Source: Octopus bimaculoides
Lineage: Eukaryota
Assembly (NCBI RefSeq): GCF_001194135.2
Contig: NC_068983.1
Location: forward strand, 44,507,336-44,568,420
Length of the DNA stretch: 61,085 nt
Reading direction: 5' to 3'
Of the stretch, positions 25,320-37,960 are shown piece by piece (within the stretch, counting starts at the first letter, position 1; each line of letters opens with the position of its first letter). The translations under genes and the position numbers were made by a program. A model generated the notes under the pieces. That model made no database searches. It saw only the letters and a program-made list of their open reading frames with translations, and was not told the DNA's origin.

Positions 25320-25466
25320 GACTGTATATACATCTCCAATTAAAGCACTGTCCAATCAAAAGTTCCGTGACTTCAAGCAAAAATTTGGTGATGTGGGTCT
25401 CATAACTGGAGATGTCCAATTGAACCAGACAGCATCCTGCCTCATCATGACAACAGAAATTCTAAG
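25320..25466 (+). CDS. SKIV2L: SKIV2L exon 10 ([18 protein letters not shown]...LIMTTEILR)
   Basis: Motifs Ia and Ib; canonical splice sites; phase 2 to 2. Confidence 0.97.
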
Positions 25467-26841
25467 GTAGAGCTCATCATAATAGTACTTTCATTCTCAA
25501 CAACATGGTTTCTACATATATTCTTCATTCCTGTTATTTTCTCTTCTTTTCTTTTTTACCGAAGATGTTTCTTTCAGACTTTTACCTGAATGATGATTTC
25601 ATTTGTAAAATTCAACAAGTCTATTATTTTAAGATTGTTAGGTGCAATTGGAGGGAGATTTTGGCTGCAATATCTAACAGTTTGGTAGACCATACAGAGG
25701 TTCTTTCATTGGCTCAACACCATTAATTCATAAAGTAGACAAATGTTTGGAGAGAAAATAATTTTTATTTTAAATTTGAATTCCAATTCTACAATCACAT
25801 GTTGAATATTCTTTTATTCTTTTACATGTTTCAATCATTAGACCATGGCCATGCTGGGGCACTGCCTTGAAGAATTGCAATCAAACAAATTGACCCCAGA
25901 ACTTATTTTGTTAAGCTTGGTACTTATTCTATTAGTGTTTTTGGTGAACCACTAAGTTATGGAGACATAAACACACCAACACCAGTTGTCAAGTGGTGAG
26001 GGGGAAACAAATTCACACATACACATATATATATGTATACGTTGGCGTTAGGAAGGGCATCCAGCTGTAGAAACTCTGCCAAATCAGATTGGAGCCTGGT
26101 GTAGCCATCTGGTTCACCAGTCCTCAGTCAAATCGTCCAACCCATGCTAGCATGGAAAGCGGACATTAAACGATGATGATGATGATACGACAGGCTTCTT
26201 TCTGCCTCTGTCTACCAAATTCACTCACAAGGTTTTGATCAACCTGAAGCTATAATAGAAAATACTTACCCAAAGTGCCACGCTGTGGGACTGAACCTAG
26301 AACCATGCAGTTGAGAGGCAAATTTCTTACCACACAGTCCTTTTCACTAAGTTTTCTTTTAACCCTTTAGTGTTCAGATTATTCTGTTAAATGTAATGCT
26401 TTTTCACTCAAATTGTTTTGAATTACTCATGCATTATCTTATAGCTTTGAGGTTGCAATGATGTGATTGTTTATTTTTAGAATTTCAGTGTAGGTTAGGT
26501 GTAAGAGGCTAGATATGGCCAATTTCAATGTAAAGCATATAGAATATTTGAGCTGGATTTAGCCAATTTAAATACTTAAAGGTTAAATGAAAACCATTCC
26601 AAACTTCATTATGGATTACTGAGAAAAACCTTCTAGCATAAATATCATGGGCCTAATCTTATCAAATTTTTGACTTAGCAATTCTGTATGAATTCACTCA
26701 TTAAAATCTACTGTACACTATCACTAACATTATCAATTTCACTTTTTTCTGTCTTAATTTCAATTATTATAATTATTCTTCTTATGTTTCTAATACTTAA
26801 TGTTTTTCCCAATTTCATATAATCCAATGACTACCTTCCAG

Positions 26842-26926
26842 GTCAATGTTGTACAATGGTTCTGACATTATTCGAGATTTGGAATGGGTTATTTTTGATG
26901 AGGTTCATTACATTAATGATTCTGAG
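26842..26926 (+). CDS. SKIV2L: SKIV2L exon 11, DEVH box ([28 protein letters not shown])
   Basis: Motif II DEVH; canonical splice sites. Confidence 0.97.
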
Positions 26927-27897
26927 GTATGTTAAAGACTCTTTTTTGTGTTTGTTTGTTTGTTTGTTTGTTTGTTTTTTGTTGTTGTTTTTCTTTACCT
27001 ACTGGGTTCATCCATTATTTTTCCATTTGCGGGCATGGTTGTGTGGTTAAGAAGTTCACTTCATAACCACATGGTTTTGGGTTCAGTTCCGCTTCTCAGC
27101 ACCTGAACAAGTGTCTTCTACTATAACCCAGAGTCAACGAAAGCTTTGTAAGGGGATTTGAAAGAAGCATCTTGTATGTGTGTGTGGGGGGGGGAAGATA
27201 ATGAAATACATACACACACACACACACACACACGTACATACATACATAGATGATAGAGAAAGAGAGAGATAGTTAGATGTGTGGATGTATGTGTGCGCAT
27301 GTCCATATCTCTTTGTCTTAACACTGCACATTAATCACAAACAAACATCAATTTTACAAGTGGTGCTGTTCATTTGAAGTCTTCCATGAAAACATACATG
27401 TCCAGCCATTATATTATTCATGTTCAGAGGACTGTGGTGAAATATTACACATTGAAAAGTGGACACTTAAAACAATATATATTTGTTTGTTCAGCTTGTC
27501 AGCCCCTGTCAAACCGTCCAACCCATGCCAGCATGGAAAAATGGACGTTAATGATGATGATTGTGCTTTGTGCCAAAATTTGAAACCATCATCATCATCA
27601 TCATCATTATTATTATTATTATTATTATTGTAATTACAACCAAGTAAAGGTGATGAGCTGGCAGAATTGTTAGTATTCCAGGCAAAATGGTAAGTGGCAT
27701 TTCGTCTGTCATTACGATCTGAAGTCAGAATCCACTGAGATCGACTTCGCCTTTCATCGTTTTGGAGATTGATATAATAAGTACCAGTCAATGTAATCAA
27801 CTTACCCCTCCCCCAAACTTGCTGGCTTTGTGCTAAAATTTGAAACCAATATTTATTCTTATTAACACCAGTATGTTTTGTTCATTTTATATTGCAG

Positions 27898-28004
27898 CGA
27901 GGTGTGGTTTGGGAAGAAGTACTTATAATGTTACCACAGACTGTAAACATCATCCTACTCAGTGCAACTGTCCCCAATACTATCGAGTTTGCTGGATGGG
28001 TTGG
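27898..28004 (+). CDS. SKIV2L: SKIV2L exon 12 ([36 protein letters not shown])
   Basis: Motif III SAT; TTGCAG acceptor and GTAAGT donor. Confidence 0.97.
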
Positions 28005-29251
28005 GTAAGTCAGTTAAGATATCCTCAGCTTTTATTACATTGTATTGTTACATTTGCTGCATTTGTCAAGTATATAAATAGTTTTGCTGCTTGTTTCTCT
28101 AGAGACTGTCAGAATGATGTAGACGCCTCTGATGAGAACTCAATAAGATTTGAAAATCGAGTAAGGCTGTTCATCATTTTTTCAGTCTGTGGAGAAATAT
28201 CTAAAATTTACCCTGTTTATAATTATACCATATGTTACATATCTACATATTCTTCTTTCATTAATTATGTAAGGCAGCGAGCTGGTCGAATCGTTAGCAT
28301 GCTGAACAAAATCCGTCATTACGTTCCGAGTTCAAATTCCACTTTCATCCTTTCAGGGTCTATAAAATATGTACCAGTGAAACACTGGGGTCGATGTAAT
28401 CAACTGGTGCCCTCCCACAAAAAATTTCAGACCTTGTACCTTTAGTAGAAAGGATTAATTATAGCTGTATGTGCTTCAAAATCCACTGTTCCAAAAATAA
28501 AATATTTCACATTCTCTCAAAAGTTTATAAATTATTATATACAAATTATATTTCGAGCGAGATCGTTGCCAGTGCCCCTGGACTGGCTTGTGCGGGTGGC
28601 ACATAAAAGACACCATTTCGAGCGTGGCCGTTTTCGTGCGGGTGACACGTAAAAGCACCCACTACACTCTCTGAGTGGTTGGCGTTAGGAAGGGCATCCA
28701 GCTGTAGAAACTCTGCCAAATCAGACTGNNNNNNNNNNGCACCCACTACACTCTCTGAGTGGTTGGCGTTAGGAAGGGCATCCAGCTGTAGAAACTCTGC
28801 CAAATCAGACTGGAGCCTGGTGTTGCCATCCGGTTTCACCAGTCCTCAGTCAAATCGTCCAACCCATGCTAGCATGGAAAGCGGACGTTAAACGATGATG
28901 ATGATGATGATGAATATTGATGAGAGACAGACAGAAGATGGAATATATGAGAATCTTTATTGATCACTACAATCGTTTTGACCCATCTAGCATTGATCCC
29001 TCACAGGTGGAATACTGCACAACTGGTTTAGGTTTATCCCTTGGTGTAGATGTGTCTCTTCAGGTGATTTCAAGATGTATCTCATTAAAATAAACTCTGT
29101 TTTGCACAATTTATTACTGCATGTTTACTTCTTGGGTTTCTTAGGTAGAAATGGCAATTTGTTGGATACTACTTCACTCTTACTGAAGATCAATAGCAAA
29201 GATCAGGTATAAAAAGAAACAAATAGACAATATTCTTCTTTTCTATTGTAG

Positions 29252-29398
29252 GAAAACCAAGAAACGAAAGCTTTATGTGATCAGCACCTCAAAAAGGCCG
29301 GTACCTTTAGAGCATTACCTGTACACAGGTAACAGCAGCAAAACAGCAAATGAGCTTTTCACAGTTCTTGATGCTAAAGGAGTATTCCAAGAAACTGG
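29252..29398 (+). CDS. SKIV2L: SKIV2L exon 13 ([31 protein letters not shown]...QETG), GC donor
   Basis: Conserved RPVPLEHYL. Only the GG|GCAAGT donor keeps the frame with the next exon. Confidence 0.92.
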
Positions 29399-29711
29399 GC
29401 AAGTATCTATCTATATGTATGTGTGTGTGTGTATGTATATCATCATCATTTAATGTTCACTTATCCATGATTGCATGTGTTAGACTACATTTGTTAAGTT
29501 TTCCTATGGCTAAATGCCCTTGCTGTTGCCAACCCCACTCTGTTTCCAAACAAAGTAATATTTCCCTTGGCCAGACATATTTTGCATAGAAGGCTGGAAA
29601 TGAACAACACAGCTTGTATGGCAGTGATGCTCACTTACATCCATCACATTATGTCAAAACAAAAGTGCACAAAAACACATGGGCATGAAGGGACACACAA
29701 ACACATGCACG

Positions 29712-29758
<47 letters not shown>

Positions 29759-31116
29759 GGCTTCTTTCAGTTTCTGTCTACCAAATCTATTTAAAAGACT
29801 TTGGTCAGCCCAAGGCTAACTGAACCTGAGACCACATGATTAGAAAGCAAGCTTCTTAACTACACAGCCATTCCTGCTATATATATANNNNNNNNNNNNN
29901 NNNNNNNNNNNNNNNNNNNNNNNNNNNNNNNNNNNNNNNNNNNNNNNNNNNNNNNNNNNNNNNNNNNNNNNNNNNNNNNNNNNNNNNNNNNNNNNNNNNN
30001 NNNNNNNNNNNNNNNNNNNNNNNNNNNNNNNNNNNNNNNNNNNNNNNNNNNNNNNNNNNNNNNNNNNNNNNNNNNNNNNNNNNNNNNNNNNNNNNNNNNN
30101 NNNNNNNNNNNNNNNNNNNNNNNNNNNATATATATATATATATATAGTGTCCACCTTTATCTTTTAACTATAATTTTTGATTTGTATGGACTCTTAAACC
30201 CTTTTCAACTATATATATACATACATATATATGTATATGTGTGTGTGTGTGTTTCAAGTGTTACTGTTCTGCAATCCAACTTCTTGCAATATGTGAGTGT
30301 GTATGTGTCTGTGTGTGCATATAGAGGAAAGAAGACAGTATCACATATGAATCAGTCATCATTCACAGAATGATGACTGACTGACTGACTAGCTGACACC
30401 AATATACTGCCCTCCTCACCATAGGTAGTACTCAGTACTAGGAACAAATGTTACTGAATGTACCACACTACAGCCTGCTGTCAAAGTAGCACCAACATCC
30501 TTTCAACACCCTGTCTACATGAACCTAAAAATAAAGAAAATACTTACAACCACATAACCTGAATTGACCAACGGAAGCCTAAATATCTAGAAGCTGTTTT
30601 GAGTTTGTTTTTAAACTTACTACTCTTCCTCTGAGCATCTGTCAAGGTGGACGTGTCACCCATGCCCATGAAATTTTAAGAAATATATAACTGAATCAGG
30701 CTATTATTAGATACATGTAACTCCAACCAAATGTGTTAAATATACTTTTTTTGAGAGTATTTGCTCCTGAGGCTATTTCTGCTGCGAAAGATCTTCCCAC
30801 ATCCAAGTGTATGTGAATGAGTTAATCATAATTATACACAAATGTGTGTGTCTCTCTCTCTATATATATAGATAGATAGGGTGATAAATTGAATATTAAT
30901 TCAATTTAAAACCAAGTGGCCTAGCATATAAAAAAATCTGAAAATTCAGAAAAAATTGTATTATACGTGTATAAAGGATGACCACTAGGTGGACATCCAA
31001 TATGCTAGAAAGAGGTCATCAATGACCCAACCACAAAGAAAAATAATGTTCTCCAGAAAAATTTTGCAAAATGCCAGAACAGGACAAAATGAGAAATATA
31101 CAGAATAAAGAGTTAT

Positions 31117-31184
31117 CTATGGACTGCAGTTTCGAACTTTAACGTTATACTTATGTAATAACATCCGTGTTCTCATCAGCATAG
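31117..31184 (-). ncRNA. Minimal type I hammerhead ribozyme motif, intact core
   Basis: Minus strand: CTATG-CTGATGA-GAAC...GTTC-GAAAC-TGCA-GTC-CATAG. 5-bp stem I, palindromic stem III (ACTGCAGT), GUC cleavage triplet. Confidence 0.8.
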
Positions 31185-31666
31185 ATGCTCTAGAATCAAT
31201 GTAATTTGCAGAACCTCTTTCTAGCATATTGGATGTCCACCTAGTTCCACTACATGGAACCTTGGGCAAATGTCTTCTACTATAGCCTTGGGCCAACCAA
31301 AGCTTTGTGAGTGGATTTGGTAGGTGGAAACTAAAAGAAGCCCATCGTATATATGTGCATATATATATATATATGTGTGTGTGTGTATGTATATGTTTGT
31401 GTATCTGTGTTTGTCTCCCCAACATCGCTTGACAACTGATGCTGGTGTGTTTACATCCCCGTAACTTAGCGGTTCGGCAAAAAAGACCAATAGAATATGT
31501 ACTAGGCTTACAAAGAATAAGTCTTGGGATCAGTTTGCTCCAGCACAGCCACAGTCAAAGAATAAAAGAATACATATGAAGAACAATGGATTTTATCATG
31601 AACAATATTACATGTTTCTTAATTCCATTAATGTAATTTTTTATGTAAATATCCATGAACTTTCAG

Positions 31667-31748
31667 AGTAACCCAAGCCATTGCTGCAAAGAAAAAGCAA
31701 CCAAGTACAGAAGCAAAAAGACCAAATGCTAATGTCACAGCAAAACAA
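31667..31748 (+). CDS. SKIV2L: SKIV2L exon 14 (VTQAIAAKKKQPSTEAKRPNANVTAKQ)
   Basis: TTTCAG acceptor and GTAAGT donor; phase 2 to 0 bridges exons 13 and 15; weak similarity to YYAAVEAKKE. Confidence 0.82.
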
Positions 31749-31827
31749 GTAAGTTAGCAGGAAAGGTTAGACCCATTCTAGAAACTATGCCCTTAGTTGA
31801 AATAGTTGACAAGGCTAGCAATTTTAA

Positions 31828-32049
31828 CCCTTTCAATACCAACCTGACTGAAACCACCTCTGGCTCTGTAGTATAAATGTCTTGTTTTCATAAGTTCTGA
31901 ATTAAAATCTTCCACCAAACCTTAGTCACAATTTATGTTCCTAACACTAGCTTAATGATAACTAAGTTATTTTGCTAAATTCTTTGTTATATTTAAAATT
32001 AATTAAAAGAAACACAAAGTATCTCAACAGAAATATGGTAACAAAAGGG
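31828..32049. mobile_element. piggyBac-like MITE (TTAA-CCCTTT ... AAAGGG-TTAA); sister copies at 32081-~32205 and 35547-~35757
   Basis: TTAA on both sides, CCC/GGG termini, three similar copies. Confidence 0.7.
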
Positions 32050-32589
32050 TTAAAATATATAATAGAGAAACAATTCTTAACCCTTTTGATACCAACCTGC
32101 TGAAACCACCTCTGGCTCTAGTACAAATGCCTTGTTTTCATAAGTTTTAAATTAAATCTTCCACCAAACCTTAGTCACAATTTATGTTCCCAACACTAGT
32201 TTAATGTTTTTGCCTGGATTTAATNNNNNNNNNNNNNNNNNNNNNNNNNNNNNNNNNNNNNNNNNNNNNNNNNNNNNNNNNNNNNNNNNNNNNNNNNNNN
32301 NNNNNNNNNNNNNNNNNNNNNNNNNNNNNNNNNNNNNNNNNNNNNNNNNNNNNNNNNNNNNNNNNNNNNNNNNNNNNNATTTTTTTTGCATATTTGTAAT
32401 CTCCGACATCTAAAATGTAGGAATCTGAAAAAAATGTTTTCAAAAATATACATTTTTCAAGGAGAGGTTCAAAACTGCATTATCCCCACCATTACCATCA
32501 ATCCCTGTACTTGACTGGTTCTTTAATTTATCGACCCCAAAAGGGACAAAAAGCAAAGTTGACTTCACCTTTCATCCTGTTGAGGTGGA

Positions 32590-33170
32590 TTAAACTGGCA
32601 GAATTGTTAGCACATCAAGCAAAACACTTAGCAGCATTTCTTTTGGTACTTTACATCCGGAGTTCAAACTCTGTTGAGGTCAACCTTTGCCTTTCATCTT
32701 TTTGGGGTTGATAAATAAATACCAGTTGAGCACTGAAGGTCAATGTAATCAACTTGTCCTCTCCTTCCAAATTACTGGCTTTCTACCAAAATTCAAATTA
32801 TATTTATTATTAGTATTATTATCATCATTAAGGCAGCAAGGTGGCAGAATCATTAGCACACCGGACAAAATGCTTAGAGGTATTTCGTCTGTCTTTATGT
32901 TCTGATTTCAAATTCCGCTGAGGTCTATTTTGCCTTTTATCCTTGCAGGGTTAATAAAGTAAGTACCAGGTAAGTACTGGGGTCGATGTAATCAACTATC
33001 CCCCTCCCCCAAATTTCAGACTTTTTACTTATAGCAGAAAGGACTATTATAATTAGTATTATTATTAATTAACAGCATTTCATCCATATTTTCATTCTGA
33101 GTTCAGATTTCACCAAGGTTGACTTTGCTTTTCATCCTTTTGGGTTGATAAAATAAAGTACCAGCTAAGC
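32590..33170 (+). mobile_element. Cluster of SINE family C copies (GGCAGAATC.TTAGC...TTTGCCTTTCATCC...AGTACCAG). Also at 13409-13620, 27645-27840, 28272-28450, 34085-34290
   Basis: Repeated shared core. Confidence 0.75.
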
Positions 33171-33676
33171 TAGGGGTCGCTAAACTTTTTCAACCATGAA
33201 CCCCCTTTAGCTACTTCTCCTTCCGCAGTGACCCCCTTTAGCCACTTCTCCTTCCACATTGACTATCCTCCTCATTTAAAATATCTTAATACCCTACCTT
33301 ACTATACCCTATCTTAAATGCGTACCAGGTACTGATGCTGGCAAAAACGTTTATGAGATATGTATTTAATATCCTATCTTCTCTAGCAGGCCTGGTCATT
33401 TCCATAAGCAAACACTTGACAGTCTGCATCCCCTCAATCACGCCTCTCAATCTTCGATTACAATACAGATTACAACATCAAGCCTCGAATGTTAGCAACA
33501 GCAGACTTTTTGCTGCAGTGAAAATTTATCATAGTTGCCCATGTTTCATGTTGCTGACTAAGTATTCCAAGCAGTTCATCTGGGTGAGCTGGTCTTTCGC
33601 ACGCTAACCCCCATTTGACCCCTTGGCTATCATCAATCCCCTGTAATTCCTCGCTGACCCCCTTTGGCGACCCCTG
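33171..33676. mobile_element. hAT-type MITE with 8-bp TSD AGCTAAGC, inserted in a SINE
   Basis: TIRs TAGGGGTCGCTAAA / TTTGGCGACCCCTG; identical 8-bp flanks. Confidence 0.85.
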
Positions 33677-33777
33677 AGCTAAGCACTGAGGTTGATGTAA
33701 TCAACTACAAACTTGCTCCAAAATTTCAGGCCTTGTAAAAGATTTATCATTGTTATTGTTATTTTTATTAATTACAG

Positions 33778-33990
33778 GAAAAGAACGTATGGTTGTCCGT
33801 GATTGATATGTTGAAAAAGAAAGATAAGTTACCTGTAGTTGCCTTCATGTTCTCCCGGAAAAGAATCGATGCTAATGCTGCTAATTTGTTAAGTGTCGAC
33901 CTGACGACGAGCTCAGAGAAGAGTGAAATTCATGTCTTCTACCAAAAGTGTGTTATGAGACTGAAAGGGTCAGACAGGGATCTGCCACAG
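33778..33990 (+). CDS. SKIV2L: SKIV2L exon 15 (EKNVWLSVIDML...LPVVAFMFSRKRID...DRDLPQ)
   Basis: Motif IV; DLTTSSEKSEIH is identical to the human sequence as recalled. Confidence 0.97.
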
Positions 33991-34924
33991 GTATAGTATA
34001 CAAACACTTATATAGTATATATAGTGAGTTCTCTTGTTGGCTTTGACATATGAGGGTCACACAGCCAATATTATAGCTGTAGGAAAGGCAGTAAGCTGGC
34101 AGAATCATTAGCATGCTGGGCGAAATGCTTAGTAGCATTTCGTCCATCTTCATATTCTGAGTTCAAATTCTGCCAAGGTTGATTTTGCCTTGCATTATTT
34201 CGGGGTCAATAAAATAAGTACCAGTTGAATATTGAGGTCAATGTTATCGACTTACCCTTCTCCCAAAATTGCTGGCCTTGTGCCAAAATTTGAAATTAGT
34301 ATTATAGCTGTGGGACACCACACTTCTTGGAAATGTTAATGACAGAAAGTTGATGCTTATTTTAGCCACACACTCAATGAACAACACATCTCAGGTTTTT
34401 TTCTAATAGAGATCACCATCTCCTGGTTTAGTTGCCTTTACCACAGCTTAGAGTCCAACCCACCCTGGTAAGCTAAATGCACCCCTAGGCACCAAACTAC
34501 AAATTTCTAAGTTTACATGTAGTTCCTTTCAAGAGTTGGGCCTCACGAAGGTGAAAGTGGCGAAGTTCCTTTTGAGCGTTGAGCCTCATGGGATTGAACC
34601 TGAGGTCATTTGGTTGAGAAGCAAACATCTCACCACACAACCAGGTCTGTACTTATGACACCTCTGAGGTGACTGTGCAACTTGCAAGAATACAAAACCT
34701 GAGGAGTGGGAGGGGTGCATTCTTATGCTAGATGGGGGTGAAAGCATTCTTTGGATTAATTTATTTTTATTGCATTGATCAGAAAATGTGCCAATTTGGC
34801 AAAAATTGGAAAACTGAATTTGTTGTAAAATAACTCATCTTAGAAATGTATGTAAATATATAATCACACCACCCACTCCCTTGTTTCTTTCATACAATTG
34901 TGGTCTTGCTTGAACTTTTTTCAG

Positions 34925-35035
34925 GTCAAACAAATGGAAGAACTTCTTAAGAGAGGTCTGGGTATTCATCACAGTGGAGTTTTGCCAATCCTCAAAGAAG
35001 TGGTAGAGATGTTATTCCAAAGGAGTCTTGTTAAG
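34925..35035 (+). CDS. SKIV2L: SKIV2L exon 16 ([37 protein letters not shown])
   Basis: Motif IVa HHSG; canonical splice sites. Confidence 0.97.
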
Positions 35036-36383
35036 GTAAAATACACACACACATATATATATCTATGCCATCATGATTATCATCATTTTCATTATCATTT
35101 AACATCAGTCTTCAATGCTGGCACATGTGTGTGGCTTAAGGGTTAGAGTATTACAGTCATAATCACAAGATTGTGGTTTTGATTCCTGGACTAGACAATG
35201 CACTATATTCTAGAGCAAAACTCTTGTTCCAGTCCACTCAGCTGACAAAAATGAGAAATCCTGCAATGGACTAGCATCCCATCCAGTGGGGGAATATATA
35301 CACCACAGAAACCGGGAGACTGCACCTAGAAGTCTATATGATTCAGGAAGGATCCTTATCCTTTTCAATACTGGCATGGGTTGCACAGTACAACAGGTTC
35401 CAACACACCAGATGACTGTGACAAGCACTAATGTCTGCTTGGGCATGATTTCTGTACCTGAATGCCATACAACTTTGCAGAGTATACCAGGTGACACTAG
35501 CATCAGTAAGGCCACCAAGTAACTTATCACCGTCATCATCATTTAACCCTTTCGATACCAACCCGGCTGAAACCGCTTCTTGCTCTGTAGTACAAATGTC
35601 TCATTTTCATAAGTTTTGAATTAAAATCTTCCACCAAACTTTAGTCACAATTTATGTTCCTAACACTAGCTTAATGATAACTAAGTTATCTTACTAAATT
35701 CTTTGTTATATTTAAAATCGGTTGAAAGAACATAGAGTATCTCAACAGAAATATGGAAATTAAAACCATAATCTTATGATCATGAGTGCAACATCCTAAC
35801 CACTAGGCCATATGCCTTTACACACACACATACACACACCTGTGAAAAGCTATCTATATATATATATATATATCATTATCATCATTTAATATTCATGTTC
35901 TATGCTGGCGTGTGTTGGATATTTATGTCAGGTTCCAGTGAGCCCAAGGACTACATCTTGCTTCAGTGACTACTTTGACCTGATTTCTACAGCTGGATTC
36001 CCCTCCTACCACCAATCACTTTACTGCATGTACTCGGTACTTTTTTTTTTTTTTGCATCCCACAAGCACTCATAAGGCAACTTTATGCTCAGAGATGAAA
36101 GACAAAAGATGGATTAAGTTATAAGATGGAAGCCAGAGCAGAACAGGTTTCTTGCTGTAGAGGAGGTACAGTAAAAGGATGAGAGTCACTTATATTTCAT
36201 ATTACTTCATTTTCCCAAGGAAATCATGAATGCAAAGTCTTTTATTGTTGCAAACTTTTGCCTGTTTCTCTTTTATAGGTGGCACTGATGACAATGATAC
36301 TGTTACTGCTGTTAATGTGAGTTTTTTTATATCTCAGTATAAGAAATAACAGAACAAATTAGGTTGTTTTTTTTCTGTTTCAG

Positions 36384-36614
36384 ATATTATTTGCCACTGA
36401 AACATTTGCTATGGGGGTCAACATGCCAGCTAGGACCGTACTATTTGATTCCATCTCCAAACATGATGGTACGAATTTCCGAAATCTTTTGCCTGGTGAA
36501 TACATCCAAATGGCTGGTCGTGCCGGTCGCCGAGGGCTCGACACCACTGGGACTGTTATCATTATGTGTAAAGCTGGTGTTCCACAGAAGGTAGATCTCC
36601 ATCGAATGATGCTG
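36384..36614 (+). CDS. SKIV2L: SKIV2L exon 17 ([19 protein letters not shown]...[12 protein letters not shown]...LHRMML)
   Basis: Motifs V and VI; canonical splice sites. Confidence 0.97.
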
Positions 36615-36916
36615 GTATGTTATCACTGATTGTTGATATGATATTTTTTTTTTTAATCTTTTCCTTGATTCAGTCATAGAATAGCAGCCATGCTGGGTCT
36701 CTATCTAGAATAGTTTAGCTAAACGAATCAACCCCACTACTAATCATATATATTCTCTTTACTCTTTTACTTGTTTCAGTCATTTGACTGCGGCCATGCT
36801 GGAGCACCGCCTTTAGTCGAGAAAATCGACCCCAGGACTTATTCTTTGTAAGCCTAGTACTTATTCTATCGGTCTCTTTTTGCCGAACCGCTAAGTTATG
36901 GGAACGTAAACACACC

Positions 36917-37633
36917 NNNNNNNNNNNNNNNNNNNNNNNNNNNNNNNNNNNNNNNNNNNNNNNNNNNNNNNNNNNNNNNNNNNNNNNNNNNNNNNNNNNN
37001 NNNNNNNNNNNNNNNNNNNNNNNNNNNNNNNNNNNNNNNNNNNNNNNNNNNNNNNNNNNNNNNNNNNNNNNNNNNNNNNNNNNNNNNNNNNNNNNNNNNN
37101 NNNNNNNNNNNNNNNNNNNNNNNNNNNNNNNNNNNNNNNNNNNNNNNNNNNNNNNNNNNNNNNNNNNNNNNNNNNNNNNNNNNNNNNNNNNNNNNNNNNN
37201 NNNNNNNNNNNNNNNNNNNNNNNNNNNNNNNNNNNNNNNNNNNNNNNNNNNNNNNNNNNNNNNNNNNNNNNNNNNNNNNNNNNNNNNNNNNNNNNNNNNN
37301 NNNNNNNNNNNNNNNNNNNNNNNNNNNNNNNNNNNNNNNNNNNNNNNNNNNNNNNNNNNNNNNNNNNNNNNNNNNNNNNNNNNNNNNNNNNNNNNNNNNN
37401 NNNNNNNNNNNNNNNNNNNNNNNNNNNNNNNNNNNNNNNNNNNNNNNNNNNNNNNNNNNNNNNNNNNNNNNNNNNNNNNNNNNNNNNNNNNNNNNNNNNN
37501 NNNNNNNNNNNNNNNNNNNNNNNNNNNNNNNNNNNNNNNNNNNNNNNNNNNNNNNNNNNNNNNNNNNNNNNNNNNNNNNNNNNNNNNNNNNNNNNNNNNN
37601 NNNNNNNNNNNNNNNNNNNNNNNNNNNNNNNNN
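36917..37633. other. Assembly gap (N). Other gaps: 1300-1309, 7083-8054, 9936-10210, 11163-11666, 15675-15831, 25187-25271, 28729-28738, 29888-30127, 32225-32378, 38370-38900
   Basis: Runs of N. Confidence 1.
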
Positions 37634-37691
37634 ATGGTGCATCTTATGTGCCACCCGCACAAGAGCCAGTCCAGGGGCACTAGCAACGATC

Positions 37692-37960
37692 TTACTTGGC
37701 TTGCCGGGTCTTCTCACGCACAGCACATTTCCAAAGGTCTCGGTCAGTAGTCATCGCCTCGGTGAGGCCCAATGTACGAAGGTCTTGCCTCACCACCTCA
37801 GCCCAGGTCTTCCTGGGCCTACCTCTTCCACGGGTTCCCTCAACTGTTAGGGTGTGGCACTTTTTCACACAGCTATCCTCATCCATTCTCACCACATGTC
37901 CATACCAGTGCAATCGTCTCTCTTGCACACCACAACTGATCAGAGGTGATTCCAGCTCAT
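37692..37960 (-). mobile_element. RTE-clade LINE 3' fragment
   Basis: RRLHWYGHVVRMDED...VEGTRGRGRPRKTW...DRDLW, a typical RTE C-terminus. Confidence 0.85.

Noticed and set aside
28644-28810. Tandem duplication around a 10-N gap (also 1260-1345)
   Set aside because: Identical sequence on both sides of a placeholder gap; most likely unmerged contig overlap.
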